From positions 82,109 to 146,108 of the forward strand of contig CAKPEG010000001.1 of assembly GCA_934149275.1 (NCBI GenBank): a DNA stretch of 64,000 bases, written 5' to 3'. The DNA is from an uncultured Clostridia bacterium (GTDB lineage: Bacteria; Bacillota; Clostridia; TANB77; CAG-508). The notes under the pieces were generated by a model. That model did no database searches and was not told where the DNA came from. It worked only from the letters and a program-made list of their open reading frames with translations. Within the stretch, counting starts at the first letter, position 1. Every line of letters begins with the position of its first letter. Below are positions 9,198 to 18,194 of this stretch, in pieces. The position numbers and the translations under genes were made by a program.

Positions 9198-10826
9198 TTA
9201 ATCGCAAAAATGTAATTTTTTCAAAACCTTGTAAACTCTCTCGCCTCTAGGCAACATCTCGATTTCTTCCTTAGAAAATATCTTTAATAATAAAACACTT
9301 AGCACAAAAACTACAACCGCAATAATTATAGCAATTATTGTTGCAATTCTTATTGGTAAGAAACCTTTTATTGCAAAATATACTCCATATGAAATCACAG
9401 ACATTAATATTGTAGCAATCATTGGTTTTAATGAAAGTTTAAATAATGAAAAATTTAATTTTACTGTTCTTAATAAAACCGCATATACAATTATAAACGA
9501 AATCAAATGACATAATACAGATCCAATTGCTGCACCATTTTCATAAATTCCTTCTATTGGCATTAGAACAAGATTAGCAATAGTTTTAGCAATAACACCT
9601 ATTCCCAATGCTATAACCGGAGTCTTTACCTTTCCCAATCCTTGTAAGATTCCATTTATAGTCTGAGCTAAAATTGTAAATACAATTGTAAATGACGAAA
9701 TAGCAAGCAAAACTCCTCCATCACTTTGTAATGGGAATAATAATAGTAAAATCTCATTTGCATATAAAAACATTCCTGCTGTACATGGTAGTCCTATCAA
9801 TAAACCAAGTAAAAGTGAAAAAGATATTCTCTTATTTATTGTATCAACATCTTTTTTAGCATTTGCTGCTGAAATTGCTGGAACAAGTGCCGTAGCAAAT
9901 GCAACATTAAATGCAAGTGGTAATGATGTAAGTATATCCACTTTAGCACTTAATATACCATACTTAGCTTTAGCAACCTCTTCTCCCAAAATAGGTTTCA
10001 ACATTTTAACCACCGTCATAGAATCAACTAATTTATTTAAAGAAGATAAAATTGCAGTTAAAGATATCGGAATAGAAATCCATAAAATTGTTTTCACGAT
10101 AGCCTTCACGGTTTTATTTTCAGTTTTTACTCCTGCATCATTTTTTACAGAAATAAACTTTTTTTCCCTTGTATAATATTTATAAAGATAAATAAAACTA
10201 AATAAAATTGCTGTACTTGTTGCTGCTGTTGCAGCTGCAGCCATATATGTAGTATTAGTGCTAGTTAAAATAACAGCTATCTCAACAAAAATAATTGTAA
10301 ATAATGTTTTCCAAAATTGTTCAAATGATTGTGCATTTGCAGTTGCTTTCATTTGTTGTCTACCACTAAAGTAACCTCTAAATACTGATGAAATTGCAAC
10401 AAAAAATACAGCTGGCGCTAAAATCATTAATGTTATTTTTGACTCAGGAATTTCAAGCCAAATATCAGAAATAGGTCCAGCACCGAAAAATAGCAATAAT
10501 GTTCCAATCATTCCAATTACTCCGAATGTCAACAAAGCAACTTTAAATACCTTATGGGCGCCCTCATTATCACCAATTGCAATTCTTTCAGAAACTAATT
10601 TTGAAATTGCATTAGGTATTCCAATTGAAGAAATTGAAAGAAGTAACGCATATATCTGGTAACTGCCCATATATATAGCATTTCCAGCATCTCCAAATCC
10701 TTTTCTGTTAGTCAAATATAAAGTTTGTACTAATCCAAGTACTTTTATTAAAACTTGAGAAAATATTAAGACCAATATTCCCTGTAAAAAAGTTTCACTC
10801 TTTGTTTTTGATTTTTTTTCAAGCAT
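9198..10826 (-). CDS. spoVB: Stage V sporulation protein B-like MOP-superfamily (MurJ/Wzx-type) polysaccharide/lipid-linked precursor flippase
   Basis: 542 aa with about 14 predicted TM segments. The N-terminal region (TFLQGILVLIFSQVLIKVLGLV...IGIPNAISKLVSE) aligns with B. subtilis SpoVB (TFLKGTLILIAAGMVTRMLGFV...GLPVAISKLVAE). Confidence 0.7.
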   Translation of the reverse strand: MLEKKSKTKSETFLQGILVLIFSQVLIKVLGLVQTLYLTNRKGFGDAGNAIYMGSYQIYALLLSISSIGIPNAISKLVSERIAIGDNEGAHKVFKVALLTFGVIGMIGTLLLFFGAGPISDIWLEIPESKITLMILAPAVFFVAISSVFRGYFSGRQQMKATANAQSFEQFWKTLFTIIFVEIAVILTSTNTTYMAAAATAATSTAILFSFIYLYKYYTREKKFISVKNDAGVKTENKTVKAIVKTILWISIPISLTAILSSLNKLVDSMTVVKMLKPILGEEVAKAKYGILSAKVDILTSLPLAFNVAFATALVPAISAANAKKDVDTINKRISFSLLLGLLIGLPCTAGMFLYANEILLLLFPLQSDGGVLLAISSFTIVFTILAQTINGILQGLGKVKTPVIALGIGVIAKTIANLVLMPIEGIYENGAAIGSVLCHLISFIIVYAVLLRTVKLNFSLFKLSLKPMIATILMSVISYGVYFAIKGFLPIRIATIIAIIIAVVVFVLSVLLLKIFSKEEIEMLPRGERVYKVLKKLHFCD

Positions 10827-11099
10827 AAATTTTTCCTTTCTCGTTTAATACTCATATTATATTTATATTAATATTCAATTTCAAGTATTTTATTAAGCAA
10901 AAAATCTTGCTTCCAAAATCTCGTTCTTATAAAATTTAAAACTAATATTCATTTATTCATTTATTCATTTATTCATTAATTTTCCAAAAGTATATAAATA
11001 TTACATCTTAGTTTATCATATAATATATCCTTTTCTATATTATATGAATTTATAACATGATTCATTTTATACTTTTCACTACAAATTTAGCAAAAAGTC

Positions 11100-11128
11100 T
11101 TGAATTTTTGGCGTTTTTATAGGATAAT
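11100..11128 (+). promoter_or_regulatory. Consensus sigma-A-type promoter upstream of the ATPase gene
   Basis: TTGAAT (11100-11105), 17-nt spacer, GATAAT (11123-11128); about 35 nt upstream of the TTG start at 11164. Confidence 0.4.
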
Positions 11129-11163
11129 ATAAGAGGAAATTTTTGTGAAAGTGGTGAAAAGTT

Positions 11164-13536
11164 TTGTTTAAATCAATTAATAATTTTATATGGAAATATA
11201 TCGATGCATTTTTAAAGAAATTAAAAACCGATAGAAATACTTTTTTTACATATGTATTAACATTAATCAGTGTTTACATATGTGTTGATAGACTTGTAGA
11301 AATGTTATTCTTATGTTTCTCAGGAATTTCAGTTTCATACTGGGGACCATTTGCATATACATTTGCTCTACTTTGTCCTATCTTTGCATTTTTATTTGGA
11401 GCAGGTTCTAAATTTGCTACAGATGATGCAAGAAAATTTTCATTGTTTGTGCTATATTACATAGCTTTGTATATCATAGCATTATCAATGTTTATGCAAT
11501 GGGCAAATCAATTTTTATGGATATTCCTATTCTCTTTGCCAAACTACACTGGAATAGTTGGTGGATTTATGGATGTAATAAAACCAGCATTCACAGCATT
11601 AGCTTGGTATTTGCCAATAGTAACTATAATTCCTATGTTTAAAAAGATGTATACTGGTTGGGCAGATACAAAAGATATCAGAGATTCAGTTGCTGATTAC
11701 AACGGAATTTCATTATCACCTGAATCTGACAAAGTCGGACCATATACATGTGAAATGTTTATTTGTAGAAACGGTGAAACTGGTCAAGTTATAAAAATTC
11801 CTGAATCAAGAAGATTTGAATCAACACTTATCGTTGGTGTATCTGGATCAGGAAAAACAACAATGGCATTTGAACCAATGATTGCTCGTGATATTGAAAA
11901 GAAATTCTTCTTAAAAGAAGCTTCAAAAGAATTAGGATTCACAGCATTAAAAACAGGAATCGCTTCTATTAGAGAACCATTTTCAAATGAATATTTAAAC
12001 GCAAACTTCTCACTTAATATGTTAGATATAAAACCAGGGAAAGAAAAAATATTTAATACATATTTAAAGAAATTAATATATGGTACATCAGGAAAGAAAA
12101 ATATATATAAAAACTTAGGATTAACTTACATCGCTCCTGATTACGAATCAATTTCTCATATAGAAAAAGTATTAAAAAATTATGGTATGAATTATAACTT
12201 AGTTGATCCAGATGATCCAGATTCAATTGGAATGAACCCATTTGTTTTTGAGGATCCAGTTAAAACTTCAATTTCAATTTCTGCAGTATTAAAAAGAATG
12301 TATGAAACAAATGAAGTAACTGTACAACAAGCTTATTATCAAAATATAACAACGCAAGCAATTGAAAATTTATCATTATTATTAAAAGAAATATATCCAA
12401 AAACACATAACGGTCTACTACCTAACCTAGAAGATTTACTTATGATGTTAAACAACTTTGAATTAGTTGAAAAGTTCTGTGAAAAAATGAAAAAGATTCC
12501 AGAACTAGCAGAAAAATATCAAATATTACTTACATACTTTGCTAATAACTTTTATCAAAATTCTACAGGAATCGACGAAACAAGAAAAGCTCTTCAAGCT
12601 GCAAGTGCACAACTTGAAAACCTACTTCGTTTCCCTGGTGTAAGAAATATTTTATGTAATAGAACAAACAATATTAATTTTGATGATGCATTAAAAAATG
12701 GTGAAATAACACTTATTTGTACAAGACGTGGAGATTTAGGAGCAGCAATAAATAAAGCATTTGGACTATTTATACTTCTTCTAATGCAACACTCTGTTAT
12801 CTCTAGACCAGGAACAGAAAAAACAAGAATCCCTCACTTCTTATACATAGATGAATTTCCTCCATTTGTATGTAAAGCAACTGAAGATTTCTTCACATTA
12901 TTCAGAAAATATAGAGTTGGACTTATCATATCAGCTCAGAACTTATCACAATTTGGTACAAACAACGTATTAACAAACAGTCAAAGCTACAGACAAACAA
13001 TACTTGCAAACTGTACAACAAAAATTGTATTTGGTAACAACACACCAGAAGACAACGAATGGTGGGAAAAAGAATTTGGAGAGAAACGTGAATGGATGTT
13101 TAAGATGGATTACAACACAAATCCAAAAGACGGTTCTGATCCAGCATATGATCAAAAATATGGCGATATCAAATGGGGTTACAAAGCAAACTTCAAAGCT
13201 GGAAAAGTTCAATCACAGAAATTCAAAGCTATCATTTATAAAACTAGAGACATAAAAGGAAAAATGATTGTTGGTAAAGGAAAACTTGATTTCCTTGAAT
13301 CAAAATATAAAGAAAAACATACACCAAAACAATTCAACTTCTCTAAATATTATGATTCAGCAACATCATTTAATGAAGAAAAACATGATATATTAAATTC
13401 ATTTATGGGAAGTCCAAAATTTGATACAACAATGTCAGATGATGATGGACCAATCAAATATAACACAACAGATGCAAAAGCATTTATTGAAAACGACGGA
13501 GCAATCACATACAACATCAATAAAAATAAAAAATAA
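11164..13536 (+). CDS. Membrane-anchored P-loop ATPase of the FtsK/HerA/TraG(VirD4) superfamily (type IV coupling-protein-like); orphan
   Basis: 790 aa. Four to five N-terminal TM helices (residues about 25-160). Walker A GVSGSGKT (about residue 225). Walker B hhhhDE in FLYIDEFPPF (about residue 555). A glutamine-rich motif GLIISAQNLSQFG resembles the TraD/TrwB/VirD4 Q-motifs. The long alpha-helical insert between Walker A and B resembles a T4CP all-alpha domain. The C-terminus is Lys/Asn-rich. The start codon is TTG (the alternative in-frame ATG is 46 codons in). No relaxase, VirB4 or other conjugation genes are nearby. Confidence 0.6.
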   Translation: MFKSINNFIWKYIDAFLKKLKTDRNTFFTYVLTLISVYICVDRLVEMLFLCFSGISVSYWGPFAYTFALLCPIFAFLFGAGSKFATDDARKFSLFVLYYIALYIIALSMFMQWANQFLWIFLFSLPNYTGIVGGFMDVIKPAFTALAWYLPIVTIIPMFKKMYTGWADTKDIRDSVADYNGISLSPESDKVGPYTCEMFICRNGETGQVIKIPESRRFESTLIVGVSGSGKTTMAFEPMIARDIEKKFFLKEASKELGFTALKTGIASIREPFSNEYLNANFSLNMLDIKPGKEKIFNTYLKKLIYGTSGKKNIYKNLGLTYIAPDYESISHIEKVLKNYGMNYNLVDPDDPDSIGMNPFVFEDPVKTSISISAVLKRMYETNEVTVQQAYYQNITTQAIENLSLLLKEIYPKTHNGLLPNLEDLLMMLNNFELVEKFCEKMKKIPELAEKYQILLTYFANNFYQNSTGIDETRKALQAASAQLENLLRFPGVRNILCNRTNNINFDDALKNGEITLICTRRGDLGAAINKAFGLFILLLMQHSVISRPGTEKTRIPHFLYIDEFPPFVCKATEDFFTLFRKYRVGLIISAQNLSQFGTNNVLTNSQSYRQTILANCTTKIVFGNNTPEDNEWWEKEFGEKREWMFKMDYNTNPKDGSDPAYDQKYGDIKWGYKANFKAGKVQSQKFKAIIYKTRDIKGKMIVGKGKLDFLESKYKEKHTPKQFNFSKYYDSATSFNEEKHDILNSFMGSPKFDTTMSDDDGPIKYNTTDAKAFIENDGAITYNINKNKK

Positions 13537-13550
13537 ACGAATTTAAACAT

Positions 13551-13591
13551 AAAAAACCCCAATAGATTTCAAAATCTATTGGGGTTTTTTT
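13551..13591. terminator. Bidirectional rho-independent terminator after the ATPase gene
   Basis: aaaaaa-ccccaatagattt-caaa-aatctattgggg-ttttttt: a perfect 13-bp stem with an A-tract and a T-tract. Confidence 0.8.
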
Positions 13592-13791
13592 GCATATAAT
13601 ATTATAAAGAAAAAATACATATTAATTTTCTCACACCTTGCTGGCGCATTCCTCGAATTTTGAAAATAAAAATATTAAATTTTTATTTTCAACCGGGTAG
13701 AATGCTTCAATCGAACTCGCTTCGCCCGTTTGGTCCCTACGCGGTGATTCAAAAATTTAATATGTATTTTTTCTTTTTACAATTAAACACA

Positions 13792-13913
13792 AACGAATAT
13801 TATATTTATTTTTGTGACGCGCAGCTTGAGAGTTTTTACCTAACCCTTTAAACAAAGTTTAATGGGTGGTAAAATCTCTTCAGCAAGGAACTAAAATAAA
13901 TATAATATTCGTT
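13792..13913 (+). repeat. Structured palindromic repeat element, family 1 copy B (about 122 nt)
   Basis: Perfect 21-bp terminal inverted repeats aacgaatattatatttatttt (13792-13812) and aaaataaatataatattcgtt (13893-13913). Internal gtgacgcgcagcttgagagtttttacc...ttaaac-aaa-gtttaa...ggtggtaaaatctcttcagcaaggaac. Homologous to copy A at 7571-7691 in the opposite orientation, with arm differences compensated in the partner arm. Confidence 0.5.
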
Positions 13914-13940
13914 ACTCACTAAACATATAAAATTTTTAAA

Positions 13941-16547
13941 TCAAATCCATTCTCCAAAAATCTTAATATAAATCTTCTTTGCAAACTGTGCAACAACACA
14001 ATACAAAAATGTAACCGTCAAAATAAGAACAATAAACTCAGTTGCAATAGGAACTAAACCAATCATCCTTCCCACAAAAGTAAATGGAATAATCAATCCA
14101 ATAACACTAAGCAACACAGAAGATACATACACCGCCCTATGTGCATTACTCTGTATAAATGGAATCTTCGCAGTTCTAATAATATGCATTCCAGCCAAGT
14201 TAGACACAATACTATAACTAAACCAAATCGTCTGGAACGTAGCAGCCTCCCTCACTCCAAGAACAAACCACAACGCAATAAACACTAAGATATCAAAAGC
14301 TGAACTAATAGGTCCCATAAACAACATAAAATCTTTTAAACTTCTGATATCAAACTTCTTAGGTTTTTTTAAAGATTCTTTATCAACATTATCAAAAGGC
14401 AATGTCATTTGTCCTATATCATAAAGCAATCCTTCAACAAGCAATTGAATTGGAGTCTCAGGTAAAAACGGTAACGCTATACTTGCAACAACAACAGATA
14501 AAACCTCGCCAAAATTAAAACTTGTAGCTAACTTAATATATTTAAGCAAATTAGCAAACGTACGTCTTCCCTCGTCTACACCATCTAATAAAACTTTCAA
14601 ATCTTTTTCTAGCAAAATAATATCAGCAGACTCCTTAGCAATATCAACAGCAGTGTCAACAGAAACACCAACATCAGAATTTGAAAGTGATGGACTATCA
14701 TTAATTCCATCTCCCATATATCCAACAACATTTCCCATGCCTTTCAAAATTCTAACAATTCTAGCTTTTTGAATTGGAGACAATTTAGCAAAAATATTAT
14801 TCTTTCTAAGTAATCTTGCAACACCCATATCAGGCAATTTATCAATTTCTGAACCTTCAATAATATTTTGTGTATTAATTCCGACCTTACCACAAATACA
14901 TCTCGTAACATCAACATTATCACCAGTTAAAACAATAACCCTTACTCCAGCTTTATTTAACTTAGCAACAGATTCTTTAGCAGATTCCTTTGGTGGATCT
15001 AAGAAACCAATAAATCCTAAAAATATCATTTCATGTTCATCTTCAACAGAAAAACTTTCGTTTAAAATATCAAATTTCTTTTCACAAACACCAACAACTC
15101 TTAATCCATCTTTATTAAGCTTTTTACTTATAGATAAAACATTTTTTCTAATAGTATCAGTAATATTTATAAGTTTACCATCAATCTCAACCATTGTACA
15201 TATAGATAAAATTTCCTCAATCGCACCTTTAGTAATAAGTAAGCTCTTCTCTCCTTCTTTTGAAACAACAACAGACAATCTTCTTCTAGTAAAATCAAAA
15301 GGAATTTCATCAACTTTTTTATATTCACTATCTAAACTTTGTAATCCATTTTCATGAGCTCTATTAATAACAGCTTCATCAATATTACCTTTCAAACCAG
15401 TTTGGAAATTTGCATTCAAATATGCGTATTTCAAAATTTTATCACTAGTTTTTCCTGTAGCATCCAAATATTTTTCCAAAACAATTCTATCTTCTGTTAA
15501 CGTTCCTGTTTTATCTGTACACAAAATATTCATTGCACCAAAATTTTGAATAGAATCTAATTTCTTAACAATCGTCTTTTTCTTAGACATTCTAACAGCA
15601 CCTTTTGATAAACAAGAAGATAAAATAACAGGCAACAATAAAGGCGTTATAGTAATTGAAATTGCTACAGCAAATGTAAACGCAGTAACTAAATCATGTT
15701 TCCACGCATTAAACAAAAATATAATCGGAATTATTAAAACCATAAAACGAATTAATAATTTACTTATATTCTCTATTCCCTTTTGGAAAGATGTCTTTGG
15801 TTTGTTAGGAGAAACACTCTTAGCAATTTTTCCAAAATAAGTGCTATCTGCTACCTTTATAACAACACCCTTTGCACTACCAGAAATAACATTTGTACCC
15901 ATAAAGCAAATATTATCTAAATCTAATATACTATCTATTTCTTCTGTATTAGCAGTATTAACCTCTTTTTTTACAGAATCAGATTCTCCTGTTAATGAAG
16001 ACTGACCAACATATAAGTCTTTTGACTCTATAACTCTAAGATCCGCAGGAATCATGCTTCCAGCAGATAAATAAACAATATCTCCAATTGTAACTTCTTT
16101 TAATGGAACATCAACCTTTTGACCATCTCTAAGAACTGTAGTTGTTGTTTCAACAAGTTCTTTTAATTTTTGAGCCGCTTTATTTGACTTATATTCCTCT
16201 GTAAACTCAAGTAAAGTACTAACAATAACTAATATTACAATAACAATAATATTCGCAAAACTTGGATTCTCAGGCAAAAAAACATCTGTATAAAACAATA
16301 TAAGAACAATTCCAAGTAAAATACTATTAAACGGACTAAATAAGCTCTGGTTGAAAAAATGATACCACTTCTTTGGTTTAGCCTGTTTGACTTCATTTTT
16401 TCCATATGCTCGAATATTTTCAGCAACCTGTTCCTCATTTAATCCGTTTTCATTAACATTATATTCTTTAATAAATTCATCTTTAGTTAATAAACATTGT
16501 TTTCCATACAATTTATTAACATCAACAACATCTTTTGTATTTTGCAA
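13941..16547 (-). CDS. mgtA: Magnesium-translocating P-type ATPase (MgtA type, P3B)
   Basis: 868 aa. Phosphorylation site ICTDKTGTLT, hinge VLTGDN, GDGINDSPSL. The C-terminal block AKESADIILLEKDLKVLLDGVDEGRRTFANLLKYIKLATSFNFGEVLSVVVASIALPFLP closely matches MgtA/MgtB. Ten TM helices. TTG start with an AGGAAGGAAGG RBS. Confidence 0.8.
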   Translation of the reverse strand: MQNTKDVVDVNKLYGKQCLLTKDEFIKEYNVNENGLNEEQVAENIRAYGKNEVKQAKPKKWYHFFNQSLFSPFNSILLGIVLILFYTDVFLPENPSFANIIVIVILVIVSTLLEFTEEYKSNKAAQKLKELVETTTTVLRDGQKVDVPLKEVTIGDIVYLSAGSMIPADLRVIESKDLYVGQSSLTGESDSVKKEVNTANTEEIDSILDLDNICFMGTNVISGSAKGVVIKVADSTYFGKIAKSVSPNKPKTSFQKGIENISKLLIRFMVLIIPIIFLFNAWKHDLVTAFTFAVAISITITPLLLPVILSSCLSKGAVRMSKKKTIVKKLDSIQNFGAMNILCTDKTGTLTEDRIVLEKYLDATGKTSDKILKYAYLNANFQTGLKGNIDEAVINRAHENGLQSLDSEYKKVDEIPFDFTRRRLSVVVSKEGEKSLLITKGAIEEILSICTMVEIDGKLINITDTIRKNVLSISKKLNKDGLRVVGVCEKKFDILNESFSVEDEHEMIFLGFIGFLDPPKESAKESVAKLNKAGVRVIVLTGDNVDVTRCICGKVGINTQNIIEGSEIDKLPDMGVARLLRKNNIFAKLSPIQKARIVRILKGMGNVVGYMGDGINDSPSLSNSDVGVSVDTAVDIAKESADIILLEKDLKVLLDGVDEGRRTFANLLKYIKLATSFNFGEVLSVVVASIALPFLPETPIQLLVEGLLYDIGQMTLPFDNVDKESLKKPKKFDIRSLKDFMLFMGPISSAFDILVFIALWFVLGVREAATFQTIWFSYSIVSNLAGMHIIRTAKIPFIQSNAHRAVYVSSVLLSVIGLIIPFTFVGRMIGLVPIATEFIVLILTVTFLYCVVAQFAKKIYIKIFGEWI

Positions 16548-16623
16548 TTTAGTCTTCCTTCCTTCCTTCTTAAAACATTAAAACAAATACGAAACTTTAT
16601 ACCACCTGTACTTATTATACTTA

Positions 16624-16720
16624 TTTAAGTCCGCATCTTCGTTTGCACACAAAATTACCAAAGCAAATTTATATGCCTCGTTATTTTATATAATAATAAA
16701 ATCATCTTTGAATATTTTAC
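16624..16720 (+). repeat. Family 2 intergenic repeat, degenerate copy in the mgtA upstream region
   Basis: ttatttaagtccgcatcttcgtttgcacacaaaattaccaaagcaaatttatatgcctcgttattttatataataataaaatcatc aligns with the 7769-7921 element, but both hairpins are eroded. Confidence 0.35.
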
Positions 16721-16806
16721 CCCATTCATTTCACTTCCAATCATATATTTTTAAAATTAGAATTTCTCATAACAATAGGTAAATCTAAATTAATATTAAA
16801 TCAAAA

Positions 16807-17748
16807 TCAGATCTTATAAATCAACGCAACAAAAAATCCTTCCATAGATTTTGAAGGTAAAATCTTTATAGCTTTGTTCACATCTTTATTTAATCCTTGA
16901 TTATCACCAGAGATAACATCCCTAATTTCAAGATTTATATCTTTTAATTTAATATCAAAATTGTTTAAAGCCCAATCCAAAACTCCTTCATTTTCATAAC
17001 GATTGATAGTACAAGTTGAATACACCATAACACCACCATGTTTTAAAGCATTATAAGCACTTTCAAACAACTTTTTCTGAAGCTTAACCAAATCATTAAC
17101 AGTCTTTTCAGACCATCCACGATATGTCTGAACTTTTGTAGCAATAAATCGCCCCTCTCCACTGCATGGTGCATCTAATAAAACTTTATCAAATTGTTCC
17201 GTATACTCATTTCCAAGTTTTTCACCTCTTCTATTAATAACCTCTACAATTTTAGCTTCTTGCATTTCAACATTATACTTCAGTCTTTCACATCTAATTT
17301 TATCTAGTTCATTTGCAAGAATTTCACCATCATTCTCCATCAATGCAGCCATTTCAGTAGTTTTACTACCAGGCGCAGCTGTCATATCCAAAATTTTCTC
17401 TCCCTTTTTAGGATTCAAAACAAGTGGTGGAACCATACTTGAAAGACTTTGAAAATATACATAACCTTTTTCATAAATATCTAACTTTTGAATATCTTTC
17501 TCCTTGGCATTTTTAATAACCAAAGCATCTGTATACCATGGCACTCTTTCAAACTTTATATTTCTCTCTCTAAAATATTTCATTAAATCCTGAATATTAT
17601 ATTTAATAGTATTAACCCTTAATGTCAAAAATCTATCATCTGTCATACCAAGAAGAATTTTATCAACACTAACTGGCGAATACATTTCATATAATTCATC
17701 TATAAACTTTTCTGGTAATCTTCTTTTAATCTCACTTACTGATATCAT
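16807..17748 (-). CDS. rRNA/tRNA cytosine-C5 methyltransferase, RsmB/RsmF (NOL1/NOP2/Sun) family
   Basis: 313 aa. SAM-binding motif DMTAAPGSKTT. Catalytic motifs LDAPCSGEG (motif IV Cys) and YSTCT (motif VI Cys). Confidence 0.7.
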   Translation of the reverse strand: MISVSEIKRRLPEKFIDELYEMYSPVSVDKILLGMTDDRFLTLRVNTIKYNIQDLMKYFRERNIKFERVPWYTDALVIKNAKEKDIQKLDIYEKGYVYFQSLSSMVPPLVLNPKKGEKILDMTAAPGSKTTEMAALMENDGEILANELDKIRCERLKYNVEMQEAKIVEVINRRGEKLGNEYTEQFDKVLLDAPCSGEGRFIATKVQTYRGWSEKTVNDLVKLQKKLFESAYNALKHGGVMVYSTCTINRYENEGVLDWALNNFDIKLKDINLEIRDVISGDNQGLNKDVNKAIKILPSKSMEGFFVALIYKI

Positions 17749-17759
17749 TTTTCCTCACT

Positions 17760-18146
17760 CTAATCATCAATATTGTCATCATCATCTTCTTCTGAAGCAA
17801 AATATTCTCTTCCTGAAACACGTTTTTTATCTCTTTCTTCTTCAACCATTTTAGAAATCATTTCTTTTACTTCAAAAGGTTTCTTAATATCCTTAATTTC
17901 AAACTCAGGTGTTGTCTTATCAGCAGAACAACAATGAATTGTACCTACACCAAAAATTCTTTGAAGTAAAGAACGCTTTAAAGTCAAATCCATAATTCTA
18001 TACAACTTAACTTCTTCCTGATTTATAGACAAAATTCCTGTATCAATCAATAACTTATCCTCAAGCAAAATATATTTCGTGAAAGATAGTGGCAAACCAC
18101 AAAAAGGCCTTTTTCTATCTGTCCAAACTGTTCCTTTAATTTTCAT
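17760..18146 (-). CDS. Bacterial PH-domain (bPH_2/DUF304-like) protein with acidic C-terminal tail
   Basis: About 128 aa from the ATG at 18146, which has an AAGGGG RBS; the ORF-track start at 18164 is 6 codons upstream. The pattern ...LLEDKLLIDTGILSINQEEVKLYRIMDLTLKRSLLQRIFGVGTI... matches the bPH_2 fold. The C-terminal tail is EEDDDDNIDD. Family assignment is by pattern only. Confidence 0.45.
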   Translation of the reverse strand: MKIKGTVWTDRKRPFCGLPLSFTKYILLEDKLLIDTGILSINQEEVKLYRIMDLTLKRSLLQRIFGVGTIHCCSADKTTPEFEIKDIKKPFEVKEMISKMVEEERDKKRVSGREYFASEEDDDDNIDD

Positions 18147-18194
18147 ATAAATACCCCTTTTCAATTTTATTACTTATTTAGTATACCAAATAAC

